From Candidatus Cloacimonadales bacterium (GTDB taxonomy: Bacteria; Cloacimonadota; Cloacimonadia; Cloacimonadales; JAFGVF01): a stretch of DNA of 64,000 nt. Made by a program: the position numbers and the translations under genes. The stretch is from positions 672,001 to 736,000 of the forward strand of contig OY762964.1 of NCBI GenBank assembly GCA_963667035.1, written 5' to 3'. Shown here one piece after another: positions 12,701-21,284 of the stretch (its first letter is position 1; each line of letters starts with the position of its first letter). The notes beneath the pieces are model-generated. The model was not told where the DNA came from and searched no databases. It worked only from the letters and a program-made list of their open reading frames with translations.

Positions 12701-15700
12701 TCAAATGCTTGCACTACCGGAGAAGTAACATATCCGTCAGAAAGTTCAAGTTCAATCTGATTGATACCTACGAACTCATTTGTGGGTGTACCTGATAGTA
12801 TTGCAGTTCCGTCTCCATTATCGGTTAAAGTTAACCATGTCGGCAAATTAGTGGTAGTAATATTCAAAACTGCGTCCGGATTATCATCTGAAGTAACAAT
12901 ATTGTAACTATATAGCTCATCTTCATTAACGGAAGTTATAGGTGATGAATCAAAAACAGGTATACTATTCACGTAAACATCAAAGTTTTGTTCGGTTGGA
13001 TTAGCAGCAATGTTATCTGTTGCCGATAACACTATTGAATGGATTCCAAGTTCTGTAGAACCAGGAGTTCCCGTTAGTCTTCCCCTACCGTTACCAAGGT
13101 CGGTAAAAGCCAACCAACTTGGTAATGATGTTGCAGATAAAGTAATCGGATCACCGGGGTCAACTTCAATTGCTTGGCAATTATATGTGTATACTACATT
13201 CTCTGTTGCAATAGTTATAGGAGTCGAAACAAATCTTGGAGCATCATTAACCGGTGATAGATTTACAGTAAATGTATCTGAGACTCTATCTCTTGTTTGT
13301 ATGCGTCTAACACCGCCCGATGCATGCTGGTCGTCTGCGGTAACAGTTACGTCCGTACTTCCGAAGAAATCAGGGGCAGGGGAGAGGATAAGCTCGGAGC
13401 CTACAACGTTAGCTCTTATCTGGCTTGATACTGATTGTGCAGAGAACGCTAAGGTTGTGTTTGGATCAACATCATCAAAATGATTTCTTAAATCTATAAC
13501 AATATTGGGAGTAAAATCCTCTGTCGTATTCTGATCAGGAATTGGAACAGTAACGAATGGAGGGCTATTAACATCAATAACTTCAATATTGAAATTCTGA
13601 CTGACAGTAGAACTGATTATCCCATCAGTAAGAGTTAGAGTTATCGGATGAAATCCTACATGAATGTTTAATGGAGTTCCTGTTAAGAGACCTGTACCAT
13701 CACCGTTATCGGTGAAACTCAGCCATGTCGGAATAACTGAAGCATTCAAAGTTAAAGAGCTCCCTCCATCTACATCTTCGGCAGTAACAAAGTATTGATA
13801 CAAACTTCCTTCATCAACCTGTAATACCGGAGAAGAAGTAAATCTCGGAGCATCATTTGTGTTTATAACATTTATCACGAATTGCTGGAGTACAGGAGTA
13901 TCAGGAGTTACCCAGTCCCAAATCTCTATGGTTACGGGATTAGCCCCGACATTATCATTGGTAGGAGTACCTGATAAAGTAGCAGTATTGTCGCCATTAT
14001 CAACAATAGTTAACCAATCCGGTAATACAGAAGTATCAATAAACACTCTGTTGGTATCTGCATCAGCTGTTGTTATGGTATATTCATAGAAGGAGTCTTC
14101 ATGTGCTGTTGTGATTGGAGAGCTGGAATATGTTGGCGGCTCGTTAGTCAGTTGTATCCATATCATATTATGGATTGTCTGAGATGCACCTGCACCGCTA
14201 TAACCGAAGTCACTCATAACAAAATCTACAAAATCATATCCCTCTTCACCGGCAGGTACTGAATATGTTACGTTATCAAGATGGTTGTTGATTGTACTCA
14301 GATTACCAGTTATTGTAACATTTCCCGTACCGTTATTAGATATATATCTGGAAGTTGCACCATGGAAGGTCATTGTACCTTTCTGAGCAATAATGTTTAG
14401 CATCATTACGTTGGTTCCAATGTCCGGATCAAAGATATCCAGAGAATCCGAATCTGAGAATGTATGTTGCATAGGACTTGTTATAGGTACGTATACTTGC
14501 AATGTATCAGCCTCATGGTTTCCTCGATAATATACAGCCGGGACATCATTGATTGAGCTAACGCTAATCAGGGCATTATCATAAGCCGAGCTAATGCTCA
14601 TAGTATCGCCGTTAACCGTTGCATTTATTCTGGACATGGCAAATCCATCGGTTTTGTCCCATGCTCTGAAAGCAAATGTGGCAGTACCGTAAAAATCAAG
14701 GTTAGGAATAAATCTCATCCTTTGGGTTTGGATGCCTGTAAGTTCTCCATCGAGCAAAAGAGCATTCGTTTCAAAATTATGATTGATGCCTGTTTGATTG
14801 CTAATACTCTGCCAGTTGTTACCGTTATCTGTAGAGTATTCCCAGATACCGTTAGAATTATCGACCGAAATAACTGCAATTGCTTCAACAGCTGTTGTAT
14901 CAACGTCGTATATTGAACCGTCAGGTATAATACTACTTATTGAATTACCGTTGTTCTCTATTGCATCCTCGTCTATAGCACTAAGCCTGGGAGTAAAGCT
15001 TGTATTCAGAACCGGAGCATCATTCACAGGATTAATCCAGAAAGTCATTCTTCTAACGATATCTTCACCGCCACCGATACCACTCCAGAACTGGTCATTA
15101 AGCCTTACGGTAAGCACTTCGGTGTGATTCTCATCCTGATTAGGGAAGTAGAAAGAGCTGTCTTCCAATATAGAGTTAAGCTCAGTTAAATCTGTAACAA
15201 TAGTTACATTAGAGGTTCCGTTGCCGGAGATGAATCTTCCTCCGACATTTGCAAAGTTCAGAATACCTTTTCTTGCTTCAATATCAAATATGATTTGATT
15301 ATTTCCAATATCCGGGTCATCAACGTACAATTCACCTGATTGGAAATGGTAAGAGGTGTCTTCATCAATTGAGAACCCTAAGTCTGTTACGCCTGTAACT
15401 TCCTGTCCCATAAAGTAGAGAGCCGGGTCATCATTAACGGCTAGTATGGTAATTCTGGCAATATCTTCTGCAGAACTAAATGATGTACTTCCTCCATTAA
15501 CAGATGCATCAGCAGTAAGACCTGTAATTCCTGCATCTCTATCCCAAGCTCTGAATTTAAAGTAAGCAGAACCGTCATAAGGTATATCCGGAGGTGTCCA
15601 AGCTAATGTGTCCGGATAGTCCGGTTCCGGGACAAATCTGATTCTATTTGTTTGAGTGCCGGTTAATGAACCGTTGAGTAATCTTGCTTGAGTTGTAAGA

Positions 15701-16017
15701 TTAACTATTGAACCGGTAATGTTTGAGAAATTATGCCAACTGGTTCCGTTGTTTAACGAGTATTGCCATAAGCCGTTGGTGTTATCCACCTCTGTAACGG
15801 CAATGGATGAACTAACTCCTCCGTCACCATCTGTAATTGAGTTAGGATCTACAATCTCGATAACAGAATCTCCACTGCTATCCAGATTCCCTTCCTGAAT
15901 TGAAACAAGTACCGGATCATAAGATGTATCCAATACAGGAGCAACGTTTCTAACGTTCGCAAACAGACCCAAGGTTGTCACCATAATTGCAAAAATTAAA
16001 ATAGCTTTATTCTTCAT
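6718..16017 (-). CDS. Giant 3099-aa surface adhesin: tandem Ig/cadherin-like repeats, FN3-like domain, type-B (CHU_C / gliding-motility-associated) T9SS CTD
   Basis: Signal peptide; 15 copies of P.WL..TDNGDGTA.L.GTP; VNDAP-type linkers; C-terminal EPNAFTPNGDSKNDVF...WDGKND...GKIYLVK. Confidence 0.85.
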   Translation of the reverse strand: MKNKAILIFAIMVTTLGLFANVRNVAPVLDTSYDPVLVSIQEGNLDSSGDSVIEIVDPNSITDGDGGVSSSIAVTEVDNTNGLWQYSLNNGTSWHNFSNITGSIVNLTTQARLLNGSLTGTQTNRIRFVPEPDYPDTLAWTPPDIPYDGSAYFKFRAWDRDAGITGLTADASVNGGSTSFSSAEDIARITILAVNDDPALYFMGQEVTGVTDLGFSIDEDTSYHFQSGELYVDDPDIGNNQIIFDIEARKGILNFANVGGRFISGNGTSNVTIVTDLTELNSILEDSSFYFPNQDENHTEVLTVRLNDQFWSGIGGGEDIVRRMTFWINPVNDAPVLNTSFTPRLSAIDEDAIENNGNSISSIIPDGSIYDVDTTAVEAIAVISVDNSNGIWEYSTDNGNNWQSISNQTGINHNFETNALLLDGELTGIQTQRMRFIPNLDFYGTATFAFRAWDKTDGFAMSRINATVNGDTMSISSAYDNALISVSSINDVPAVYYRGNHEADTLQVYVPITSPMQHTFSDSDSLDIFDPDIGTNVMMLNIIAQKGTMTFHGATSRYISNNGTGNVTITGNLSTINNHLDNVTYSVPAGEEGYDFVDFVMSDFGYSGAGASQTIHNMIWIQLTNEPPTYSSSPITTAHEDSFYEYTITTADADTNRVFIDTSVLPDWLTIVDNGDNTATLSGTPTNDNVGANPVTIEIWDWVTPDTPVLQQFVINVINTNDAPRFTSSPVLQVDEGSLYQYFVTAEDVDGGSSLTLNASVIPTWLSFTDNGDGTGLLTGTPLNIHVGFHPITLTLTDGIISSTVSQNFNIEVIDVNSPPFVTVPIPDQNTTEDFTPNIVIDLRNHFDDVDPNTTLAFSAQSVSSQIRANVVGSELILSPAPDFFGSTDVTVTADDQHASGGVRRIQTRDRVSDTFTVNLSPVNDAPRFVSTPITIATENVVYTYNCQAIEVDPGDPITLSATSLPSWLAFTDLGNGRGRLTGTPGSTELGIHSIVLSATDNIAANPTEQNFDVYVNSIPVFDSSPITSVNEDELYSYNIVTSDDNPDAVLNITTTNLPTWLTLTDNGDGTAILSGTPTNEFVGINQIELELSDGYVTSPVVQAFDIDVINMNDAPYFTSTPLLISNVNQPYLYNITVADDDPNPTLTITSSVLPGWLTFVDNGDGTAILSGTPQISDAGQINVSLFVTDGFILNPVEQDFILEVREPNTAPYFASDPQLSALQDQLYTYNIIVEDNNTWATITVSDLLIPSWCSLTDNGDGTAVLSGTPDINDLGAHDVILEASDGIITTPIQQVFTVTVYDQNTPPTITSVPITDAIEDQLYQYTLVATDPNFWANLTITASTLPSWLVLTDNGDGTALLEGTPLNENVGSNPIVLEVTDGVSPAVQQNFTINVTNTNDIPVFTSTPVTTTREGFNYIYNISVNDVDSGATLTLNGDLIPVWLNFTDNGDGTGLLTGTPDGTDLGNHNVVLSVTDGIIATPVRQNFVIDVEAYNYAPVFTSTPVTTATEDMLYTYNITAADPNTWAILDISATVYPVWLSFTDNGDGTAILTGTPGDSDIGQNNVTLTLTDHQIATPVVQSFVINVSPINDQPTFDQFPTDITINELELYQADIVASDPDGPSITLTATTIPTWLSFTDNGNGNGQLTGTPNGDNLGDNLVTLRASDGIGGNLEQSFTITVNQFNYPPSFTSQPTLTVLQGNEYSYNVVTQDPNTWAVLTLSATTIPAWLSLTDNGDGTGLLTGTPSNQEVGMHQVSLEVSDSVAPNTIQAFTIEVINVNDGPVLSVPLADVNDTEDFTNQISIDLDQHFTDVDGNPLDYSQNSNSDEINASITGSTLTLTSVADWYGTTSITVTADDLQNRASVNDSFDVILTPVNDAPVFITTNDTLATVNDVYTYNISVSDPDPSDTVTFSTNNMPAWLSFTDNLDRTGTITGTPQSTDYGVYDFSIDTSDGIESATQNIHIRVFENNSAPVFTSTPVTQVMEDNLYDYSITVTDANTWATLAITGEVIPAWLTFTDNGDGTAELTGTPENENVGLHNVSISVSDGIASPVLQNFTIEVINVNDDPELIVTFSDMVENEDFTEVSIDLSTHFSDPDGDQLVYSVSSQSDEISTSVDGDQLVLNSVSNWFGNTVIHVSASDQLSPTLATDSFIVTVNPVNDEPIFSSEVDTLANVGELYSYETIVTDYDESDIITFNIIGVLPDWLTFTPNTDRTALFEGTPQSADYGVYGFTLQASDGFESIYQDVNITVWEENYLPVFDSEPILEVQEDNEYIYNIVVTDQNAWNTILFSYNIPEWLSFTNTGNGLATLSGTPTNEYVGTWDVAIMATDRIVDVQIIQSFQITVENVNDAPYIYNTFTPIVVDEDFVEPLTYNLLDYFRDDDIGDSLSFTLSMNDEIPIIGAVIEGNVLTITPVINACGLDTLTISANDENSSVRSSSLSKRLAVSLDVLITINPINDNPILVTEIDDFSMDENTIDSHIDLAIHFNDVDIPYGDILEFTHNDPDNISLSLVGSTLVIEPLLDWYGTDIITVSAKDEFNNEVNESFEVTVLNVSDIPIIEEIDNQFIQNSIIDSFQYQVIYTAYPNIDFTLENAPDGMTINASGLISWTPSFDQYGSHEVTVKGSNVAGTDSQVFTVRVINDAYGPENIKVSPLSTGLVSIQWSEPPTTAWVTGYKLYSSNTYDGVYVSLANLNSEELIYQYEVNDKNQTIYYRVTAVIDADIWQGETNPSEIVTTHILDEGETTIANDDGTLEGNLSVEANTQLGVSYELHHRSEFELTKVALYITEVSTDDLTIEFSDEGDLPDNEVSGISVTYQASDVNLGWNFLSLPEDVNPSFTGSNFFVRVIGTPDPWGIGLDKDTNGNTFRKAQDTWGALLTGNSMVRAIVKQLDALIVLSANTHDFGLIYTNDKSMPFDIDISNNGNKALEINSIKSPQGYEIKMSDETDWKTSIENIVVDTDLSVILQIRFVPTDDKSYVGDIEISSNSSVNPDIAIEVRGISQQSEPNAFTPNGDSKNDVFKFKVISDSIERVKMTVYNLNGRKIYSVEGQSSQPLQWDGKNDSGDKCKSGPYLFVIERAGKTYKRGKIYLVK

Positions 16018-16029
16018 ATTTACCCTCTT

Positions 16030-16608
16030 TTAATAATTCTCAGGGAATAGAGATCTTTCTACAGTTTCTATGATTATATGTAGAGCCATCATGTGAATCT
16101 CTTGAATGCGATCAGAGGTTTTGCCTTCGACAATTATCTCTAGATCACACTTTCCTTTCAGCTTTCCACCATCTTTTCCTAGCAATGCAACCGTAGTTGC
16201 CTTGCATTCAATCGCTTTATCCAGACCTTTAATAATATTTGGAGAGTTTCCACTGGTTGATAGTCCGATAACAACATCTCCCTCTTTAGCGTATGCTTCA
16301 ACACCTCGAGCAAATATATCGTCAAACCCGTAATCGTTACCTACACAGGTAATATGTGAACTATCATTTAGAGCTATTGCGGGAAGGGCTCTTCTGTCCT
16401 TTCTAAATCTTCCTGTGAACTCTTCTGCAAAGTGCATTGCATCGGTAGCACTGCCTCCGTTTCCAAAAATAATAACTTTATTCCCATTATTAAAGGCATT
16501 AATCAAGCGTAGACTGATAACTTCAACTGCTTTCAAGTTTTGTTCGTTAACAAACAAATCGAGAACTCGCTTAGCATCTTTAAACGCTTTTTCTATAGTG
16601 TTATACAT
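16030..16608 (-). CDS. gmhA: D-sedoheptulose 7-phosphate isomerase
   Basis: GNGGSATDAMHFAEEF, GNDYGF, STSGNS, SDRIQEIH motifs; start moved to ATG 16608, which follows a GAGGT RBS. Confidence 0.93.
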   Translation of the reverse strand: MYNTIEKAFKDAKRVLDLFVNEQNLKAVEVISLRLINAFNNGNKVIIFGNGGSATDAMHFAEEFTGRFRKDRRALPAIALNDSSHITCVGNDYGFDDIFARGVEAYAKEGDVVIGLSTSGNSPNIIKGLDKAIECKATTVALLGKDGGKLKGKCDLEIIVEGKTSDRIQEIHMMALHIIIETVERSLFPENY

Positions 16609-16903
16609 TAATAATACCTCATATACATAATAATCTTTTTTGAGGAAATCCAATAGAAAATGGTACAATCGTGGTACGTTTCCTATAATAGATTACTTCC
16701 AAATTATACAATAGGTTATTTGTTTGTATAATGTCAAGTAATTATTAGATAGTATTTTAACCTAACCGAATGCACTTGTTAACAAAATGTTAATGCTATA
16801 TGTTAACCTCTTAAAAATCAATATCTTAGTAATACTAAATATTGAGACGAATCTTTACCTTTCTACCTATGTATGTAAATAATTGGATATAAATGAATTA
16901 TTG

Positions 16904-18487
16904 TTATACCTCCCGATAAACTATTTTTCCTGAAATCATCGTTAAGTAAGATTGAGCTTTTAACCATAAACTCATATCGCCCTCATTCTCTATTCCCGGT
17001 AAATTATCTATTACTATTAAGTCTGCTAATTTACCAACTTCTATCGAACCTCTGTAGGTCTGAGAGTCAGATCCTTTCGCTGCGTCAATTGTGTAACCTT
17101 TTATTGCTTCCAAGACTGTTAATGACTGCTCCGGAGTCCATTGAGGATTTGTGGATAGGTTCAGATATCTTCTCTCTACCGCCGAGTAAATTCCTTCAAA
17201 GGGATTGATTGTTTCAACAGGTGCATCTGATCCGAAACCGAGAGTTATGCCTCGGCATAGTAAATCCTTGAATGGATACACATTCTTCTCACAATGATTC
17301 CAATAAGCTTGTATTGTTTTAACATCCGCTTTTACATGTATTGGTTGAACAGCACAATATATGTTGTTTTTTACAATGAGTTCATAATCCTTCGGTCGAA
17401 TACATTGCAGATGCTCTATTCTGTGAGGAGGTTTAACTTTAAGCTCTTTGTTAATCCTATCAATAACATTTAATATCATGTTATTACATCTGTCCCCGAT
17501 ACCATGAATAGTACTGCTAATTCCGTTTTGAACTCCCTTCTTTATCAATTGATAAAGCTCATCTTCCTGAAGTATTACCATTCCATAGTTATCGGTTCCT
17601 GTATATGGTTCGTACATCCAGGCACTCTGGGAACCTAAAGAGCCATCCATGAATATCTTCATTCCACCGATTTTTATGTATTCGTTTCCCGAGTATGATT
17701 TTATGCCTTTCTCAATCATTTTATCCAAAATGGCTGAAGGGAAGTGCCAGTAGAACCTAAAATTAAGTCCGTCATTATGCATCTGAGTGTAAAGGTTGAA
17801 TTTCTCTTCATCCTCCATCACATGCACACCTACCAAACCATGTTTGTAGCATTGTTGAACGGCTTCTTTTATCGCTTGCTCTTTTAGTTCCTGAGTATAT
17901 TGGGGAACAACTCTATCAATTAGTTCCCAGGCTTTTTCGTAGGTAAATCCATCCGGCTCTCCATTTTGGAAACGACCTATTTTGCCACCGGCAGGATCAG
18001 GAGTTTTCGCTGTGATTCCGGCTCTTTCCAAAGCTAGACTATTGCAGAGTTTAGAATGAAGATCTTTACTCTCAAAAGAAACCGGTATATCAGGGAATAT
18101 CTCATCCAGGAGAGTTTTATTGAATCCTTTTAGGTCAGGATATATGTTTTTATTCCAACCACTTCCACCAACCCATTTGATGTTTGCCGGCATTGAAGCT
18201 CGGTATTTAATCAATATTTTTCTAATATCATCTACTGATTGAGCAGGATTTAAATCTACTGCAAAGAAAGTTTTAGCATACTCAAAAAAGTGAGTGTGAG
18301 TATCGATAAATCCGGGTAGTAAAACTTTTCCTTTTAAATCAATTATTTCCACATTATCAGAGGCAAGATTAACGCATGTTTCAAAATTGCCAATATGCTC
18401 GATAATGTTGCCGTTTATATATACTGCTTCAGGATTTTGTAAGTTTGATATGGTTAGTATTAGTCCATTTGTAAAAATGTATTCCAT
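16904..18487 (-). CDS. Amidohydrolase-3 family (YtcJ-like) metal-dependent hydrolase
   Basis: PGFIDTHTH, KIFMDGSLGS, HGIGD, RIEH, GSDAP, GKLAD motifs. Confidence 0.88.
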   Translation of the reverse strand: MEYIFTNGLILTISNLQNPEAVYINGNIIEHIGNFETCVNLASDNVEIIDLKGKVLLPGFIDTHTHFFEYAKTFFAVDLNPAQSVDDIRKILIKYRASMPANIKWVGGSGWNKNIYPDLKGFNKTLLDEIFPDIPVSFESKDLHSKLCNSLALERAGITAKTPDPAGGKIGRFQNGEPDGFTYEKAWELIDRVVPQYTQELKEQAIKEAVQQCYKHGLVGVHVMEDEEKFNLYTQMHNDGLNFRFYWHFPSAILDKMIEKGIKSYSGNEYIKIGGMKIFMDGSLGSQSAWMYEPYTGTDNYGMVILQEDELYQLIKKGVQNGISSTIHGIGDRCNNMILNVIDRINKELKVKPPHRIEHLQCIRPKDYELIVKNNIYCAVQPIHVKADVKTIQAYWNHCEKNVYPFKDLLCRGITLGFGSDAPVETINPFEGIYSAVERRYLNLSTNPQWTPEQSLTVLEAIKGYTIDAAKGSDSQTYRGSIEVGKLADLIVIDNLPGIENEGDMSLWLKAQSYLTMISGKIVYREV

Positions 18488-18636
18488 TATGCTTCCTCAA
18501 TATCTTTAAACTGATTACTAGTTAAAGCAGGAACTGAGCCAAGTCAATAATAATATCAATTCATACTTTTCAGAATAGAATAAGAATGTAATTTCCCTTC
18601 TCATTCTGCAGACTCATAACCAAAGCTCTATCTTCC

Positions 18637-18759
18637 CACTGTTTTTGCACTGTGCTCGCACTATCAACCCGCTGAAACAGTGGGTTAACAGTGGAATAGC
18701 AGTGCTTACACAGTGCAAATGCAGTGCGTTGGTAAGACCCTCGCAGTGAGGGGGCAGTT
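18637..18759. repeat. 11-bp-phased CACTG/CAGTG array (copy A)
   Basis: CACTG-like at 18637, 18648, 18659, 18670; CAGTG at 18678, 18689, 18700, 18711, 18722, 18744; CAGTT at 18755. Confidence 0.85.
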
Positions 18760-19094
18760 GATGACAAGATTTATATGTAAGTTATTGAAAAATACACTGA
18801 TTAAAGTTATGAATAGCTAATAATAGCTAAATTTATTAAATTCAGAGGTATTTACACAGATCTTAAAGAAGGAATGTATAGTATCTTTGTAATGCATAGT
18901 TACATTTGTTAATAAAGTGTACACATATCAAGGATATTTACATGAAGAATTCTCTTTAGAAAATACGCAACATACATTAATAGGTTAACAATTCACATTA
19001 GATGTGATACTCTGAAAGATTTTTGTTAAATGTCATTTTTAATGGAATATAAAATGCACAATGTTCAATTACAATTACAAGGATGGAGGTGATT

Positions 19095-21182
19095 ATGAAG
19101 ATGTTTGCTAGAATGATATTGGTATCTATGCTGTTATTATTAACACTACCAATGTTTAGTATTGGCATGATGTTCTTTTCAAATGACACGACAAGACTTT
19201 TCGCCCTGGAAGACTATGATGTGGATATTAGAATTGAAAATCAAGCCGCAGTAACGACTGTAACCGAAACCTTTAGAAACTCAACTTTCTTTACTACAAA
19301 TCCAATCTATGCTTTTGGAATGCCCCTTGATGCATCTGCTGTCAGATTGTACTATACCATAGGTGATACAACTTGGTCAGCATCTTTGCAGGGGGGAGAG
19401 CAATCACAAAATCCGGGACAAGGAACCGGATATGGAGAAGACATTAATAACTATCTTGGGGATAATCCACTCGTAATGCCTTTTGAAGATACTGTTCTAG
19501 AGAGTGGTGATACTATCATTATCGAACTGGAATATGTTAATCTTCTGCATTATGAAAATGGGAATGTTAGCTATATTTATCCTTCCTCACCTTTCCAGTT
19601 TCATAATAATCCAATACCTCACGGAAACATAACAATAGATATCTACTCGGACAGGTCTATTATTGATGTCAATATTCTGGATGGTATATGTACTCCCGAG
19701 ACAACGGAACAAACAAACTATGCTCAGATAATCTGGGATGAGATTGATATTTCTTCTCAGAATGAAACATCAATAACATACTCATTGAATACAGAAGAAC
19801 TGGGAATGTTTGGTATGAGTACACTTATGCCGCAAGATAGTGTACCTGATGATGACGATAACGGATTCTTTTTATTCATTGCAGAACCGGACCCCGAAGA
19901 TCAAGGGCTAGTGATTCCTAAAATGTTTACACTGATTATTGACAATAGCGGTTCAATGTCTGGTAGCAAGATTAACCAGGCAAAAGAGGCCGCAAGATAT
20001 ATCGTTAATAGTTTGAATGAAGATGATAAATTCAATCTTGTAAAGTTCAATAGTTCAGCTCAGAGTTGGCAACAAACAATGCAAGATGCAACTCAGAGTA
20101 ATATCAATAGTGCCATATCATACATCAATGCTATTTATGCCGGAGGAGGAACAAATATAAGCGGAGCGTTCAGTACAGCTATTCCTATTTTTAACGATCC
20201 CGATAATGAATTTGCAAAGATTGTGATATTTCTTACTGACGGTGAAGCAACAGTTGGTATAACTCCAACAGAAAGCCTTGTAAATCATGTTAACAATGAG
20301 ATTGAACAAGTATCTAATCAGATCTGCCTCTATACTTTTGGGATAGGAGAAAGCGTGAATACTTCGCTTCTTACTCAAATAGCAAGAGATAATAACGGAT
20401 TCCCTGCATTCTTGGGAGATGATGTATTGGAAGAAGTTATTACAGAATTTTATAACAAAGTCCGAAACCCGATATTAATAAACCCTACTGTCACTGTTGA
20501 ACCTAATGTTCTTTCGAATATCTTCCCAAGTCCGCTTAACTCAATCTACTCAGGAAGTCAGTTGATGATTTCAGGTAGATACTCAAATCCGGGACTCATT
20601 ACTGTTAATCTGAGTGGAACAGCATTTGGTCAGGAAGTTACTTATAACTATGACTACACTCTAAGCAATCAAGTTAATTCCGATTATGCGTTTCTGTCTA
20701 AAGTCTGGGCAAAACAGATGATTGAAAACATGATTTACGAGTATTATCTTCTTAATCCTAATTCAACCGAAGCTGAAGAAATGATGGATGAGATTATTGA
20801 TATTAGCATTGCTTGGGGAGTGATGTGTGAATTTACTCATTTCATTGATGACGGAGATGTTGGTATTGATGAAGAGTTTGCAATTCAAACTCCATGTCTT
20901 AATGCAAGACTATTGGGTAATTTCCCTAATCCGTTTAATCCATCAACAACAATCATGTTCGAGATTCTGTCGAATCTTGGTGATTCTGCTGTTATTAAGA
21001 TTTACAATATAAGAGGTGAACTCGTTAAGATACTTGTTGTTAATGTACAAGGTAAAGGGATTTATGAAGTAAATTGGAACGGAACCGATAGAAATCTGAA
21101 GTCATGTGCCAGTGGTACATATTTCTATACCATATCGGTAGGTGATAATGTACTTAGTAGTAAAATGGTGTTGTTAAAGTAG
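19095..21182 (+). CDS. Secreted VIT + von Willebrand factor A domain protein with FlgD-Ig CTD
   Basis: VIT-like N-terminus; MIDAS DNSGSMS, GGT, FLTDG, YTFGIG; NFPNPFNP tail; GGAGGT RBS before ATG 19095. Confidence 0.88.
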   Translation: MKMFARMILVSMLLLLTLPMFSIGMMFFSNDTTRLFALEDYDVDIRIENQAAVTTVTETFRNSTFFTTNPIYAFGMPLDASAVRLYYTIGDTTWSASLQGGEQSQNPGQGTGYGEDINNYLGDNPLVMPFEDTVLESGDTIIIELEYVNLLHYENGNVSYIYPSSPFQFHNNPIPHGNITIDIYSDRSIIDVNILDGICTPETTEQTNYAQIIWDEIDISSQNETSITYSLNTEELGMFGMSTLMPQDSVPDDDDNGFFLFIAEPDPEDQGLVIPKMFTLIIDNSGSMSGSKINQAKEAARYIVNSLNEDDKFNLVKFNSSAQSWQQTMQDATQSNINSAISYINAIYAGGGTNISGAFSTAIPIFNDPDNEFAKIVIFLTDGEATVGITPTESLVNHVNNEIEQVSNQICLYTFGIGESVNTSLLTQIARDNNGFPAFLGDDVLEEVITEFYNKVRNPILINPTVTVEPNVLSNIFPSPLNSIYSGSQLMISGRYSNPGLITVNLSGTAFGQEVTYNYDYTLSNQVNSDYAFLSKVWAKQMIENMIYEYYLLNPNSTEAEEMMDEIIDISIAWGVMCEFTHFIDDGDVGIDEEFAIQTPCLNARLLGNFPNPFNPSTTIMFEILSNLGDSAVIKIYNIRGELVKILVVNVQGKGIYEVNWNGTDRNLKSCASGTYFYTISVGDNVLSSKMVLLK

Positions 21183-21250
21183 AGATTTCAAAATTATAGA
21201 GGAGCATGCTTCCATGTATGCTCATAAAATTATGGTAGGGGAGAAGAAAG

Positions 21251-21274
21251 AAAGCCCGATTTAACTCGGGCTTT
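21251..21274. terminator. Bidirectional intrinsic terminator
   Basis: AAAGCCCGA-loop-TCGGGCTTT between convergent genes. Confidence 0.7.
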
Positions 21275-21284
21275 ATATTTGATA

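Noticed and set aside
8576..15127. Plus-strand ORFs of 60-160 aa inside the giant adhesin, and similar antisense ORFs elsewhere
   Set aside because: Antisense shadows of real genes without recognisable motifs.
18637..18759. CRISPR array
   Set aside because: Period is 11 bp with 5-nt motifs; no 23-47-nt repeats with unique spacers; no cas genes.
18570..18767. Short ORFs over the phased arrays (also 32821-33087 and 62664-62879)
   Set aside because: An 11-nt period is not codon-compatible; open frames are explained by locally higher GC.
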